Assembly: GCA_963659735.1 (NCBI GenBank)
Contig: CAVKUP010000001.1
Span: 1,166-65,165 of the forward strand
Direction of reading: 5' to 3'
Length of the DNA: 64,000 nucleotides
From: a bacterium
GTDB taxonomy: Bacteria > Bacillota_I > Bacilli_A > RF39 > UBA660
This document shows, piece by piece, positions 31,051 through 40,197 of this stretch. Made by a program: the position numbers and the translations under genes. The notes below the pieces were generated by a model that was not told the DNA's origin, made no database searches, and saw only the letters and a program-made list of their open reading frames with translations. The stretch's first letter is position 1. The number at the start of each line of letters is the position of its first letter.

Positions 31051-32067
31051 ATGGCTAAATGGGATAAAGAATATTTAAAATTATGTAAAGAAATATTGTC
31101 AAATGGATATGAAGTTGAAAATAGAACGGGAATAAATTCAATAAAAATTCCATCATATCACTTTCACTTTAATTTAGATGAGGAGTTCCCAATTTTAACA
31201 ACAAAACAATTATTTATAAGGCAGGCAGTTTTAGAAATGCTTTGGATTTATCAAGCACAAAGTAATGATGTTAGATGGCTTCAAGAAAGAAATGTTCATA
31301 TATGGGATGAGTGGGAAATAGATGAAGATGGAATTTACCGTATATATGAATCAGGAAAAATACCATATGATGAAAATAAAGAAGTTTCTGTTTTAGATGT
31401 TTATAGTATTCCAAAGCATCAGCACAATGATAATATGCAATTTAAAAAAATAGAAAATGATATAATGACTGCTAAAAGTTTAAAAAATGGTAGAAATATT
31501 AAAAAAGCAAAATTCTATGGAAAAAAATATGCTCATACAATTGGGACAGCATATGGTTATATTGTTGGAGAATTTCAATCAATTCAAAATTTGATTAATA
31601 ATTTAAAAGAAAATCAATCTGATAGAAGAAATGTTATTAGTCTTTGGCAAGATGATTATATAAATACCGCAGTTTTACCATCATGTGTTTGGTCTAGTGA
31701 ATGGGATGTTACAGATGGTAAATTAAATGCTTGGGTTCATCAACGTAGTTGTGATGTACCACTAGGTCTTCCATTTAATGTTACACAATATGCAGTATTA
31801 TTAAATATGCTCGCACAAGTTACAGATTTAACACCAGGAACCTTAGATTGGAGTGTTAAAGATGCACATATATATGTAAATCAAATTGATGGAATTAAAG
31901 AGCAAATACGTCGTGGTGAGAAGTTTGAAGATTTAAAAGCACCAGAGTTATGGCTTAATCCAGAAGTTAATGATTTTTTTAAATTTGATAATTCTAAAGA
32001 ATGTAAAGATGTTAAAGTGTTAAACTATAAACATCATGGAAAAATTAGATTTCCACTTGCTCAATGA
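31051..32067 (+). CDS. thyA: Thymidylate synthase (ThyA family, long and divergent: active-site LPSCVW instead of LPPCH)
   Basis: RRNVISLWQD and QRSCDVPLGLPFNVTQYAVL match the ThyA core. 338 aa. Adjacent folA. Confidence 0.75.
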   Translation: MAKWDKEYLKLCKEILSNGYEVENRTGINSIKIPSYHFHFNLDEEFPILTTKQLFIRQAVLEMLWIYQAQSNDVRWLQERNVHIWDEWEIDEDGIYRIYESGKIPYDENKEVSVLDVYSIPKHQHNDNMQFKKIENDIMTAKSLKNGRNIKKAKFYGKKYAHTIGTAYGYIVGEFQSIQNLINNLKENQSDRRNVISLWQDDYINTAVLPSCVWSSEWDVTDGKLNAWVHQRSCDVPLGLPFNVTQYAVLLNMLAQVTDLTPGTLDWSVKDAHIYVNQIDGIKEQIRRGEKFEDLKAPELWLNPEVNDFFKFDNSKECKDVKVLNYKHHGKIRFPLAQ

Positions 32068-32546
32068 AACTAAATGCAATAGCCGCAATTGGACAAAATA
32101 ATGAATTAGGAATAAATAATAGTCTTATATGGAAGTTAAAAGGTGATATGAAATTTTTTAAAGAAACTACTATAGGTCATACTATTATTATGGGAAGAAA
32201 GACTTTTGAATCATTACCATGTATGTTGCCTAATAGAAAACATATTGTATTAACTCATCAAGACATTTATATTCCTAATGTTGAAATATATCATAGCTCT
32301 TTAGAATTTATCAAAGAATATGAAAATTCTGATGAAGAAATTTTTAACATTGGAGGAGCATATACATATAAGGAATTATTAAAATATACAAGCAACATAT
32401 ATTTAACTGAAATAGAAGCAACAAGCATTGCGAACGCATATTTTCCACATTTTAACAAAGAAGAATATGAAAAACAAATTATTTGCTCAAACGAAGAAAA
32501 TAAAATAAAATATACGCATGTATTGTATAAAAGGAGAAATATATGA
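32064..32546 (+). CDS. folA: Dihydrofolate reductase
   Basis: AIAAIGQNNELG...IIMGRKTFESLP DHFR motifs. Confidence 0.85.
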   Translation: MKLNAIAAIGQNNELGINNSLIWKLKGDMKFFKETTIGHTIIMGRKTFESLPCMLPNRKHIVLTHQDIYIPNVEIYHSSLEFIKEYENSDEEIFNIGGAYTYKELLKYTSNIYLTEIEATSIANAYFPHFNKEEYEKQIICSNEENKIKYTHVLYKRRNI

Positions 32547-33229
32547 AAGGAAAATTAATTACAATTGAGGGAACTGATTGTTCAGGTAAAGAAACACAAA
32601 CGAATTTATTAATAAAAAAATTAAGAGAAGAAGGGTATCAAGTACAAAACTTTTCATTTCCAAATTATAATTCACCAACGGGAAAAATTATAGGAGGACC
32701 ATACTTAGGAAAAGAAAATTTTGATAAATGTTATTTTGAAGAAGGATCTACTAACGTTGATCCAAAAGTCGCATCACTTTATTATACGGCTGATAGAAAA
32801 TATAATATTGATAAAATAAATTTCTTATTAAATCAAGGATATAATGTTATTTTAGATAGATACATTTATTCTAATATGGCTCATCAAGGTGGAAAAATAG
32901 AAAATAAAACTGAAAGAAATGAAATGTATAACTGGTTAGATAAATTAGAATTTGATTTAATGGGATTACCAAAACCAGATTTAACTATATTTCTTCATAT
33001 GCCTGTATCAATAGCTGAAAAATTAAAGGCAAATAGAAAAGAGAAAGCTGATGGACATGAAAAAGATATCAATCATCTGAAAAATGCGGAACAAGCTTAT
33101 TTAGAACTTGCAAAAAAATATAAATTTGAAACTATAGAATGTTTTGAAAAAGAAAATCCTAAAAATATAGATGAAATTAGTGAACTAGTTTATAAAAAAG
33201 TTAAACCATTTATGAACAAAAGGGTATAA
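32543..33229 (+). CDS. tmk: Thymidylate kinase
   Basis: ITIEGTDCSGKETQ P-loop; DRY-like motif. Confidence 0.85.
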   Translation: MKGKLITIEGTDCSGKETQTNLLIKKLREEGYQVQNFSFPNYNSPTGKIIGGPYLGKENFDKCYFEEGSTNVDPKVASLYYTADRKYNIDKINFLLNQGYNVILDRYIYSNMAHQGGKIENKTERNEMYNWLDKLEFDLMGLPKPDLTIFLHMPVSIAEKLKANRKEKADGHEKDINHLKNAEQAYLELAKKYKFETIECFEKENPKNIDEISELVYKKVKPFMNKRV

Positions 33230-33255
33230 AATCCTTTTGTTTTTAATATATTTAG

Positions 33256-33866
33256 ATATGATAATTGCCCATAGAGCTAATGATAATATTCATAAAGAAA
33301 ATAGTATGGAAGCTATTTTAAATAGTTTAAGTAAAAATTATATTGATGGAATAGAAATTGATGTAAGATTAACTAAAGACAATCAATTAATTTTAAATCA
33401 CGATCCATTTTATAAAGGAAAATTAATAAAAAAAGAAAATTCAAACAAATTAAAAAAATTGGGTTTAAATACATTGAGTGAAGTATTAAATAAAATAAAA
33501 ACAGATAAAATAATAATGATAGAAATAAAGTGTGATAATGATATTAAAAAAATATCAAAAATAATAATGAAAACAATTTCAAAATATAATTTGAATATTT
33601 ACATTTGTTCATTTAATTATGAATTAATAAAATATTTAAAAGAAAATTATAAAATAAAATGTGGGTTAATTATAGGAATAAAAATAAATACAAAGTATAT
33701 AAACAATGAATTTGATTTTAATTCAATAAATTATTTAAATAATAAAGTATCAAATAAAGAAACTTTTAAATGGACGGTAAACAAATTAGAAAATATAAAA
33801 AATAAAAATGATAATTTTATAACAGACAACTGTAAATTAATATATGATTTTATAAAAAAGTCTTAA
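33256..33866 (+). CDS. Glycerophosphodiester phosphodiesterase family protein
   Basis: IIAHRAND...GIEIDVRLTKDNQLILNHD GDPD catalytic motifs. Confidence 0.6.
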
Positions 33867-34335
33867 CTTTTTCACTTAATATAAAGGCATTTTTATTGAT
33901 GTTTTTAATTGTAAAAAGTATTTTATCATTTTCTTTTCTAGGACATGTGATTATTAAAAATGTTTTATTATTATTTAATATTTTAAAAATTTCATAATCT
34001 TTTAAATTTTTAATAATATCATTCGCATCATCATTATTAACTTCCACCATAAATATATTTGTACCTAAAGCTATTTTTTCTTCTAATACACTACCACAAT
34101 ATGAACCAAAAAAAGAGCCTAGGGCAAAAGCGATTGCTTTAAATATATCTTTTTGTAAATTATATAAAACAGTTCCTGTTAAAATAATCCAAATTAAAGT
34201 AACAATAAATTGTAAAAAAGCGCCTAATTTTTTTTTGCCATTACTAACAACAATTAACCTTAATGTAGCTAATGCATCTTCTATAATTTTAAAAATAAAA
34301 ACTAATAAATAAGTTAATATATTCATATAGTTCAC
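33850..34335 (-). CDS. DUF2179-type small membrane protein
   Basis: Two TM helices plus a C-terminal YitT-like domain. Assignment uncertain. Confidence 0.45.
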   Translation of the reverse strand: MNYMNILTYLLVFIFKIIEDALATLRLIVVSNGKKKLGAFLQFIVTLIWIILTGTVLYNLQKDIFKAIAFALGSFFGSYCGSVLEEKIALGTNIFMVEVNNDDANDIIKNLKDYEIFKILNNNKTFLIITCPRKENDKILFTIKNINKNAFILSEKVKTFL

Positions 34336-34410
34336 CTAAAATTATTTTGAATTAAATTATTAAAACTATACTAATGTAAATCATATAATAATAAAAAAGG
34401 GGGATGATAT

Positions 34411-35070
34411 ATGAGTTATTCAAAAAAGATCAATGATATTTTAATTAAAGGAAAAAAGTGTAAAGAAAAGTATGGTAATGTTGGACCAACCGGACCGAAA
34501 GGAGATGCGGAAGGTATTAAAATAAGAAAAACAGAAACAATAGAACCTAATGAGGAGGCATCAGTTATAGATACATTAATAAATAAAACGCATATTTTAG
34601 ATTTTAAAATTCCAAAAGGAGATATTGGGCCAACCGGACCGCCTGGACCTTTACCGCGTAGTGTGTTTGGGTACAAATTTAGTGATGCAGGTAATGTCAT
34701 TAATTTAGAAGCAAATAAATTTAAAGAAGTTGAATTAAATCGAAATGGTGAAATAATTGGTATAGCAAATAAAGATAATGCTTTTAATGTAATTGATGAT
34801 GGTATATATAAAATAGAGTATTTTTTTTCAGCATCTTCTTCTATTCAAACCGCATTATTTACAGAGGTATGGTTAAATGGCGAATTTGTTGAAGGATCAG
34901 AAGTAAGCAAAGATGTTATTATAAATGATGATATAGATTTTCATAGTATAGCGGTTACTAGAGCTAAAAAAGGAGATATTATAAATTTAGTTGTTAAAAC
35001 AACAAAGGCATCCGTATTAACAACCGCACCAGATACTAATGCATATTTATTTATTTCAAAACTTGCTTAA
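34411..35070 (+). CDS. Protein with two short collagen-like G-X-Y runs and a C-terminal beta-rich globular domain (BclA/exosporium-like architecture)
   Basis: GPTGPKGDAEG and GDIGPTGPPGPLP triplet repeats, then a ~130-aa domain. Confidence 0.4.
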   Translation: MSYSKKINDILIKGKKCKEKYGNVGPTGPKGDAEGIKIRKTETIEPNEEASVIDTLINKTHILDFKIPKGDIGPTGPPGPLPRSVFGYKFSDAGNVINLEANKFKEVELNRNGEIIGIANKDNAFNVIDDGIYKIEYFFSASSSIQTALFTEVWLNGEFVEGSEVSKDVIINDDIDFHSIAVTRAKKGDIINLVVKTTKASVLTTAPDTNAYLFISKLA

Positions 35071-35106
35071 TATAAAAAAAGTGTTATAATTTAAGCGGGT
35101 GATAAA

Positions 35107-35565
35107 ATGAATATTGATTTAAATTTATTAAATACAAAAAACAGTATTGATATAAATGAAACAGTTCAATTTGATGAAAATGATTTAAAAAAAGCAGGCA
35201 TTTTAAAAATGGAAAAGGTAAATGTAAGCGGTAGAGTAACATGCCCTTATGATGAATATATGATAGACCTTGATATAAAAGGTAAAATGGTTCTTCCTAG
35301 TAGTTTAACTTTAGAACCAGTTGATTATCCATTTTCGATAAAAATAGAAGAAAATCTTTCAGAAATGTTAGAAAACTTTAAAAAAAATCAAAAAACTATT
35401 GATATTTTACCAATAATATGGGAAAATATATTAATGGAAATTCCCATTAAAGTCGTTAGCAAAAATGAAGAAAATATTAAAGCTAAAGGAAATGGTTGGG
35501 AACTTATAACTGATAGCGAAAAAGAAGGCAACCATAGCCTAGCTAAGTTAAAAGATTTATTATAG
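35107..35565 (+). CDS. yceD: YceD/DUF177 family protein (23S rRNA accumulation protein)
   Basis: Conserved yceD-rpmF pairing. The CPYDEY region matches DUF177. Confidence 0.75.
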   Translation: MNIDLNLLNTKNSIDINETVQFDENDLKKAGILKMEKVNVSGRVTCPYDEYMIDLDIKGKMVLPSSLTLEPVDYPFSIKIEENLSEMLENFKKNQKTIDILPIIWENILMEIPIKVVSKNEENIKAKGNGWELITDSEKEGNHSLAKLKDLL

Positions 35566-35576
35566 GAGGTGTTATC

Positions 35577-35765
35577 ATGGCCGTACCAGCAAGAAAAGTT
35601 AGTAAAACTAGTGGAAGAATGCGTCGTACCCATTATAAAATAAGTGCTAAAACTGTTACAGTATGCCCTAAATGTGGTGCACCAGTAAAACCACATCGCG
35701 TATGTAAAGAATGTGGGACTTATAAAGGTAAAGAAATAGTTGCTAAAAAAGAAACTGCTGAATAA
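35577..35765 (+). CDS. rpmF: 50S ribosomal protein L32
   Basis: MAVPARKVSKTSGRMRRTH...CPKCG...CKECG zinc ribbon. Confidence 0.9.
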   Translation: MAVPARKVSKTSGRMRRTHYKISAKTVTVCPKCGAPVKPHRVCKECGTYKGKEIVAKKETAE

Positions 35766-35775
35766 GCAGTTTTTA
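35748..35775. terminator. Terminator between convergent rpmF and the SEDS gene
   Basis: actgc-tgaataa-gcagt plus T-run. Confidence 0.5.
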
Positions 35776-36915
35776 ATTTGTATATCTCATATTTTCATTT
35801 GAAATATTAAATATCATTCCCATTGCAAGCATATAACTTAATAAACTTGAACCGCCATAACTGATAAAAGGTAATGTGATACCGGTTATTGGAAGTAAGC
35901 CAAAAGTCATTCCTATATTTTGAACTTGCTGATATATAAGCATACCAACAACTCCAGCAATGACGTATTTATTTATTAATTTATTGGTTTTTAAAGCTAA
36001 TGTGATTAATCTAATGTCAAAAATAGCAAGTAAGGAAAGTAAAATAATAGATCCAATAAAACCGAAATGACTTGAATATACTGCAAATATAAAATCTGTT
36101 TGTGCTTCTGGAAAGTAAATTGGGTTATTTGTTAAACCATGGCCAAAAAGTCCAGCCGATCCAATAGAACTTAAACTATTTTCAAGTTGATATCCACTTT
36201 GATTAGACCAATCTAATAATCTATCAACCCTTAAAAAGAAATTGGTTCCAAATATCTTAATAAATAAATCTTGGTTTAAAAAATAAATTCCTAAAACAAA
36301 TCCAACAGCAACAGCTGCAGCTGCAATAACTGCAATAAACCATCTATATCTAATTCCAGATATAAAAAGCATAACAAATGTAATTAATAAATAAATTAAA
36401 ACAACACCAGTATCTGGCTGCATAAATGTCAAAATACTTGGAGGCAAAATAACAAGAAGTACTTTTATTAAAAACATAAATTCTTCTCTAACACTTGGGT
36501 TTGGAAATTCTTCATTGAACTTAGAAATCATAGATGCATTTATAATAATTAAAATTATTTTCATAAATTCACTGGGTTGAATTGTACCAATTCCTTTTAT
36601 TTCGTACCAGCACACTGCGTTATTAATAGATTTTCCAAAGAAAAAAAGTCCGATTAATGAAATTATTCCCATAAAATATAAAAACCAGCTTATTCTATAT
36701 ATATAAGTATTTCCAATTGTCATAATTAGATAAACTAAAACAAATCCAACAATATACCATATAATTTGGTTTGTCATTAAATGACTCATAGTACTTGGCA
36801 AAATACTTTTAGCGCCATATAAAGTAATAATACTAATAAAAGCAAAAATCAAAATAGGAATTAAAATAGTTTTATCAAGTTTGTATTTAGAAATATTTTT
36901 CATTTTTATCACCAC
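35773..36915 (-). CDS. SEDS family peptidoglycan polymerase (FtsW/RodA/SpoVE)
   Basis: Ten-TM profile with a conserved C-terminal region (PLPFISYGGSS). Confidence 0.85.
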   Translation of the reverse strand: MVIKMKNISKYKLDKTILIPILIFAFISIITLYGAKSILPSTMSHLMTNQIIWYIVGFVLVYLIMTIGNTYIYRISWFLYFMGIISLIGLFFFGKSINNAVCWYEIKGIGTIQPSEFMKIILIIINASMISKFNEEFPNPSVREEFMFLIKVLLVILPPSILTFMQPDTGVVLIYLLITFVMLFISGIRYRWFIAVIAAAAVAVGFVLGIYFLNQDLFIKIFGTNFFLRVDRLLDWSNQSGYQLENSLSSIGSAGLFGHGLTNNPIYFPEAQTDFIFAVYSSHFGFIGSIILLSLLAIFDIRLITLALKTNKLINKYVIAGVVGMLIYQQVQNIGMTFGLLPITGITLPFISYGGSSLLSYMLAMGMIFNISNENMRYTN

Positions 36916-36982
36916 TAATATAATACACTAACTTAAAGAAAAAAACTAGTTAAATAATTGTAAAAAAATATAATTAAATCAT

Positions 36983-37010
36983 TGAAATTGAACATTGCTT
37001 TGATATAATT
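36983..37010 (+). promoter_or_regulatory. Sigma-A promoter for dusB
   Basis: TTGAAA at 36983-36988, 16-nt spacer, TATAAT at 37005-37010. Confidence 0.55.
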
Positions 37011-37033
37011 TATATATGGAAAAGAGGAGTAAT

Positions 37034-38023
37034 ATGTGGGAGATAGGTAATGTTAAGATAAAAAATAAAGTTGTTTTGGGACCTATGGCTGGTATTAGTA
37101 ATAGTGCATTTAGAAGAATTGCGAAGGAGATGGGATGCGGACTTATAGTGGCTGAAATGGTTAGTGATAAAGCTATATGTTACGGAAGTCAAAAAACGAT
37201 TGATATGCTTTATATGACTGATTTTGAAAGACCTATTTCCCAGCAAATTTTTGGTAGTGATGTATCATCTTTTGTAAAGGCAGCTAAATATATTGAAGAA
37301 AATATGCATCCAGATATTATTGATATTAATATGGGCTGTCCAGTTCCTAAGGTTGCTTTGTCTGCTCAAGCTGGAAGCGCTTTATTAAAAAATCCTGATA
37401 AAGTTTATGAAATAGTTAAAGAAGTTGTTAATAGTGTAAATATTCCAGTAACTGTAAAAATAAGAAGTGGTTGGGATAGTAATAGTATAAATGCTGCAGA
37501 AATTGCTAAAATATGTGAAAAAGCAGGAGCTCAAGCAATAACTATTCATGGAAGGACCAGAGCTCAAGGTTATAGTGGTAAAGCTGACTGGGGAATAATT
37601 AAAAAAGTTAAAGAAAGTGTTAGTATTCCTGTTATAGGTAATGGTGATATTAAAACAAAAGAAGATGCTAAAAGGATGCTTGATGAAACTGGTTGTGATG
37701 CTATTATGATAGCTAGAGCTGCTTTAGGTAATCCTTGGCTTTTAAAAGATATTATTAATTATTTAGATGGTAAAGACATTAATACTATTATTTCAAAACA
37801 AGATAGAATTGATATGATAAAAAAACATTTTAACTATTTGTTAGAAATAAAACCAGAAAAAGTTGCTTTATTAGAAATGCGTACTCAAGCAAGTTATTAT
37901 TTAAAAGGAGTAAATAATGCTTCTTTATATAAAACAAAATTATTTCAAACTAAAACTAAAGAGGAATTTTTAAAAATATTGGATGAATTTAGTAAAGAAG
38001 ATGTTATAATTAATAAGGAATAG
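37034..38023 (+). CDS. dusB: tRNA-dihydrouridine synthase
   Basis: [20 protein letters not shown] and catalytic Cys region of the Dus family. AGAGGAG RBS before the ATG at 37034. Confidence 0.85.
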   Translation: MWEIGNVKIKNKVVLGPMAGISNSAFRRIAKEMGCGLIVAEMVSDKAICYGSQKTIDMLYMTDFERPISQQIFGSDVSSFVKAAKYIEENMHPDIIDINMGCPVPKVALSAQAGSALLKNPDKVYEIVKEVVNSVNIPVTVKIRSGWDSNSINAAEIAKICEKAGAQAITIHGRTRAQGYSGKADWGIIKKVKESVSIPVIGNGDIKTKEDAKRMLDETGCDAIMIARAALGNPWLLKDIINYLDGKDINTIISKQDRIDMIKKHFNYLLEIKPEKVALLEMRTQASYYLKGVNNASLYKTKLFQTKTKEEFLKILDEFSKEDVIINKE

Positions 38024-38036
38024 AAAGTGTGATATT

Positions 38037-39008
38037 ATGAGTTTATTTAAAATGAATATATATAAACAAATTTATCAAAAAATAAAACAAGCAGATAAAA
38101 TAATAATAGCAAGACATGTCGGACCAGATCCTGACGCATTAGGTAGTTCACTAGGTTTAAAACAAATTATATTAGATAATTTTCCCGATAAAAAAGTATA
38201 TGTTATAGGTTCACCAGCGGCTAAATTTAGGTATATTGGTGAGTTAGATAAACTTCCTGAGGATTGGAATGATGCTTTATTAATAGTTACTGATACTCCA
38301 GATCATAGAAGAGTTGATGGAATAGATCCTAGAAGAATAAAGAATTCTATAAAAATTGATCATCATCCTTATGTAGAGACTATGTGTGAATTAGAATGGA
38401 TTGATGATAAGTCAACAAGTGCTTCACAAATGGTTTTAGAATTTGCTTTGAAAAATAAAATGAAAATATCTAAAACTGCAGGTGAAAGATTATATATTGG
38501 CTTAATTGCAGATACAAATAGATTTATGTTTTCATATACTAATTTTAAAACTTTTGATTTAGTAAGCAGGTTATTAAAATTAACTGATATTGATATTACT
38601 GAGATATACAATAATTTATATTTAAGACCTTATAAGGAAATAAAATTTCAAGGATATATGGCTGAGAATTATAAAATAACTCCAAATAAAGTTGGTTTTC
38701 TAATAATTAATGATGATATATTAAAAAAATATAATGTAGATGCGGCTACACCTGGTAATATGATAAATAGTTTTAATCATATAAATGAAATGCTTGTATG
38801 GGTTACGGCAACGTTAGATAAAGAATTAGATTCTTACCGAGTTTCTATAAGATCAAGAGGTCCTATAATTAATGAAGTGGCTGCTAATCATGGCGGTGGT
38901 GGTCATATGTTTGCTAGTGGCACAAGATTAAAAACTGAAGATGAAATAAATTCATTAATAAATGATTTAGATAAAGTTTCTAAAAAATATATTGAAAAAA
39001 GTCTATAA
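38037..39008 (+). CDS. nrnA: DHH-family bifunctional oligoribonuclease/pAp phosphatase NrnA
   Basis: ARHVGPDPDALGS, DHH-type motifs and the DHHA1 GGGH region (GGGGHMFASG). Confidence 0.8.
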   Translation: MSLFKMNIYKQIYQKIKQADKIIIARHVGPDPDALGSSLGLKQIILDNFPDKKVYVIGSPAAKFRYIGELDKLPEDWNDALLIVTDTPDHRRVDGIDPRRIKNSIKIDHHPYVETMCELEWIDDKSTSASQMVLEFALKNKMKISKTAGERLYIGLIADTNRFMFSYTNFKTFDLVSRLLKLTDIDITEIYNNLYLRPYKEIKFQGYMAENYKITPNKVGFLIINDDILKKYNVDAATPGNMINSFNHINEMLVWVTATLDKELDSYRVSIRSRGPIINEVAANHGGGGHMFASGTRLKTEDEINSLINDLDKVSKKYIEKSL

Positions 39009-39197
39009 TTATAGGCTTTTTCTGTAGTATGGATAATATGGATACGGATAGTATGGATATGGATAATAGTAGTTTTGGTTAGGTCTATAACCCTGCCAGA
39101 ATAATGGTGAAATAAGACCTCCAGTTATACCACCTAAAATAAAAGGCCCTAGGAATCTATTTTGATTCGGATAATTATATTGATACAATGAAATCAC
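39009..39197 (-). CDS. Small Tyr/Pro-repeat protein (YPYPYYPYPYYPYY tail), spore-coat-like composition
   Basis: 62-aa ORF. Low-complexity Y/P repeat. Confidence 0.3.
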   Translation of the reverse strand: MISLYQYNYPNQNRFLGPFILGGITGGLISPLFWQGYRPNQNYYYPYPYYPYPYYPYYRKSL

Positions 39198-39267
39198 CCC
39201 TTTAAATATTAATATGCTTTCAAATAAATTGTGATATTAATATTTAAATTAGAATATATTATTTTAG

Positions 39268-40116
39268 GTGATGCATATTAAAAAAATATTTCAATTTATT
39301 GGCATCTTAACTTTAATGGTAGGAAGTTTTATGTATACAGAAAAAGTTGGAATGACAGCTAAACAAACAGATCCACTACTTACTGAGATAAAAAGTAGGA
39401 AAGATGGTTATAAAGAAAATGCAATTGAAGCAATAATAAAGGATAATACAATTATTCCAGGCGTAAGTGGTAAGGAAGTAGATGTAGAAAAAAGTTATGA
39501 GAATATGAGCAAAATAGGATATTTTGATGATAAATTATTAGAATATAAAACATTAAAAGTAGAAAATACATTAGATAAAAATAAAGATAAATATATTATA
39601 AATGGTAATAATACTAAAAAGGAAGTAGCTTTAATATTTAAATTAAAAACAAATGATAATATAGAAAATATAATAAGGAAATTTGATGAGAAGGATTCTA
39701 AAGCAACTTTTTTTATTAATTCAAATTATTTAGAAGATAATCATAATCAAATAATAAGTTTAATTCAAAGTGGTTATACAATTGGTAATTTAGGTAATGA
39801 TGATTATACTGATAGTGATTTTGTATGGATTAAAACAATAATAACTAATATTGGCAGGCAAAAATATAATTATTGTTTTACTTTAAAACCTAATAAAAAA
39901 ACAATAAATATGTGTAAATTACATGATTCATATACTATAATGAATAATGTTATAGATTCATATCCACTTTCTAATGTTAAAAAAATATTATTTAAATCTA
40001 ATATAATTGTTTTCAGTATTAATAATTCTTTAAATGAACAAATTGAACTCATTATAAATTATATTAAATCAAAGGGATATAATTTAGTTTCTTTAGAACA
40101 TTTATTACAAGAATAA
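39268..40116 (+). CDS. Polysaccharide deacetylase (NodB)-like membrane-anchored protein, probably catalytically divergent
   Basis: N-terminal TM helix. ATFFINSNY...GYTIGN resembles NodB homology motifs. Confidence 0.4.
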   Translation: MMHIKKIFQFIGILTLMVGSFMYTEKVGMTAKQTDPLLTEIKSRKDGYKENAIEAIIKDNTIIPGVSGKEVDVEKSYENMSKIGYFDDKLLEYKTLKVENTLDKNKDKYIINGNNTKKEVALIFKLKTNDNIENIIRKFDEKDSKATFFINSNYLEDNHNQIISLIQSGYTIGNLGNDDYTDSDFVWIKTIITNIGRQKYNYCFTLKPNKKTINMCKLHDSYTIMNNVIDSYPLSNVKKILFKSNIIVFSINNSLNEQIELIINYIKSKGYNLVSLEHLLQE

Positions 40117-40197
40117 TATCTTCAAAATCCATAAAAATAAAGGGTTTATTATTTGTTTTTAAGGATTTTTTTGTTATAATTGATATTGGTGATAACA

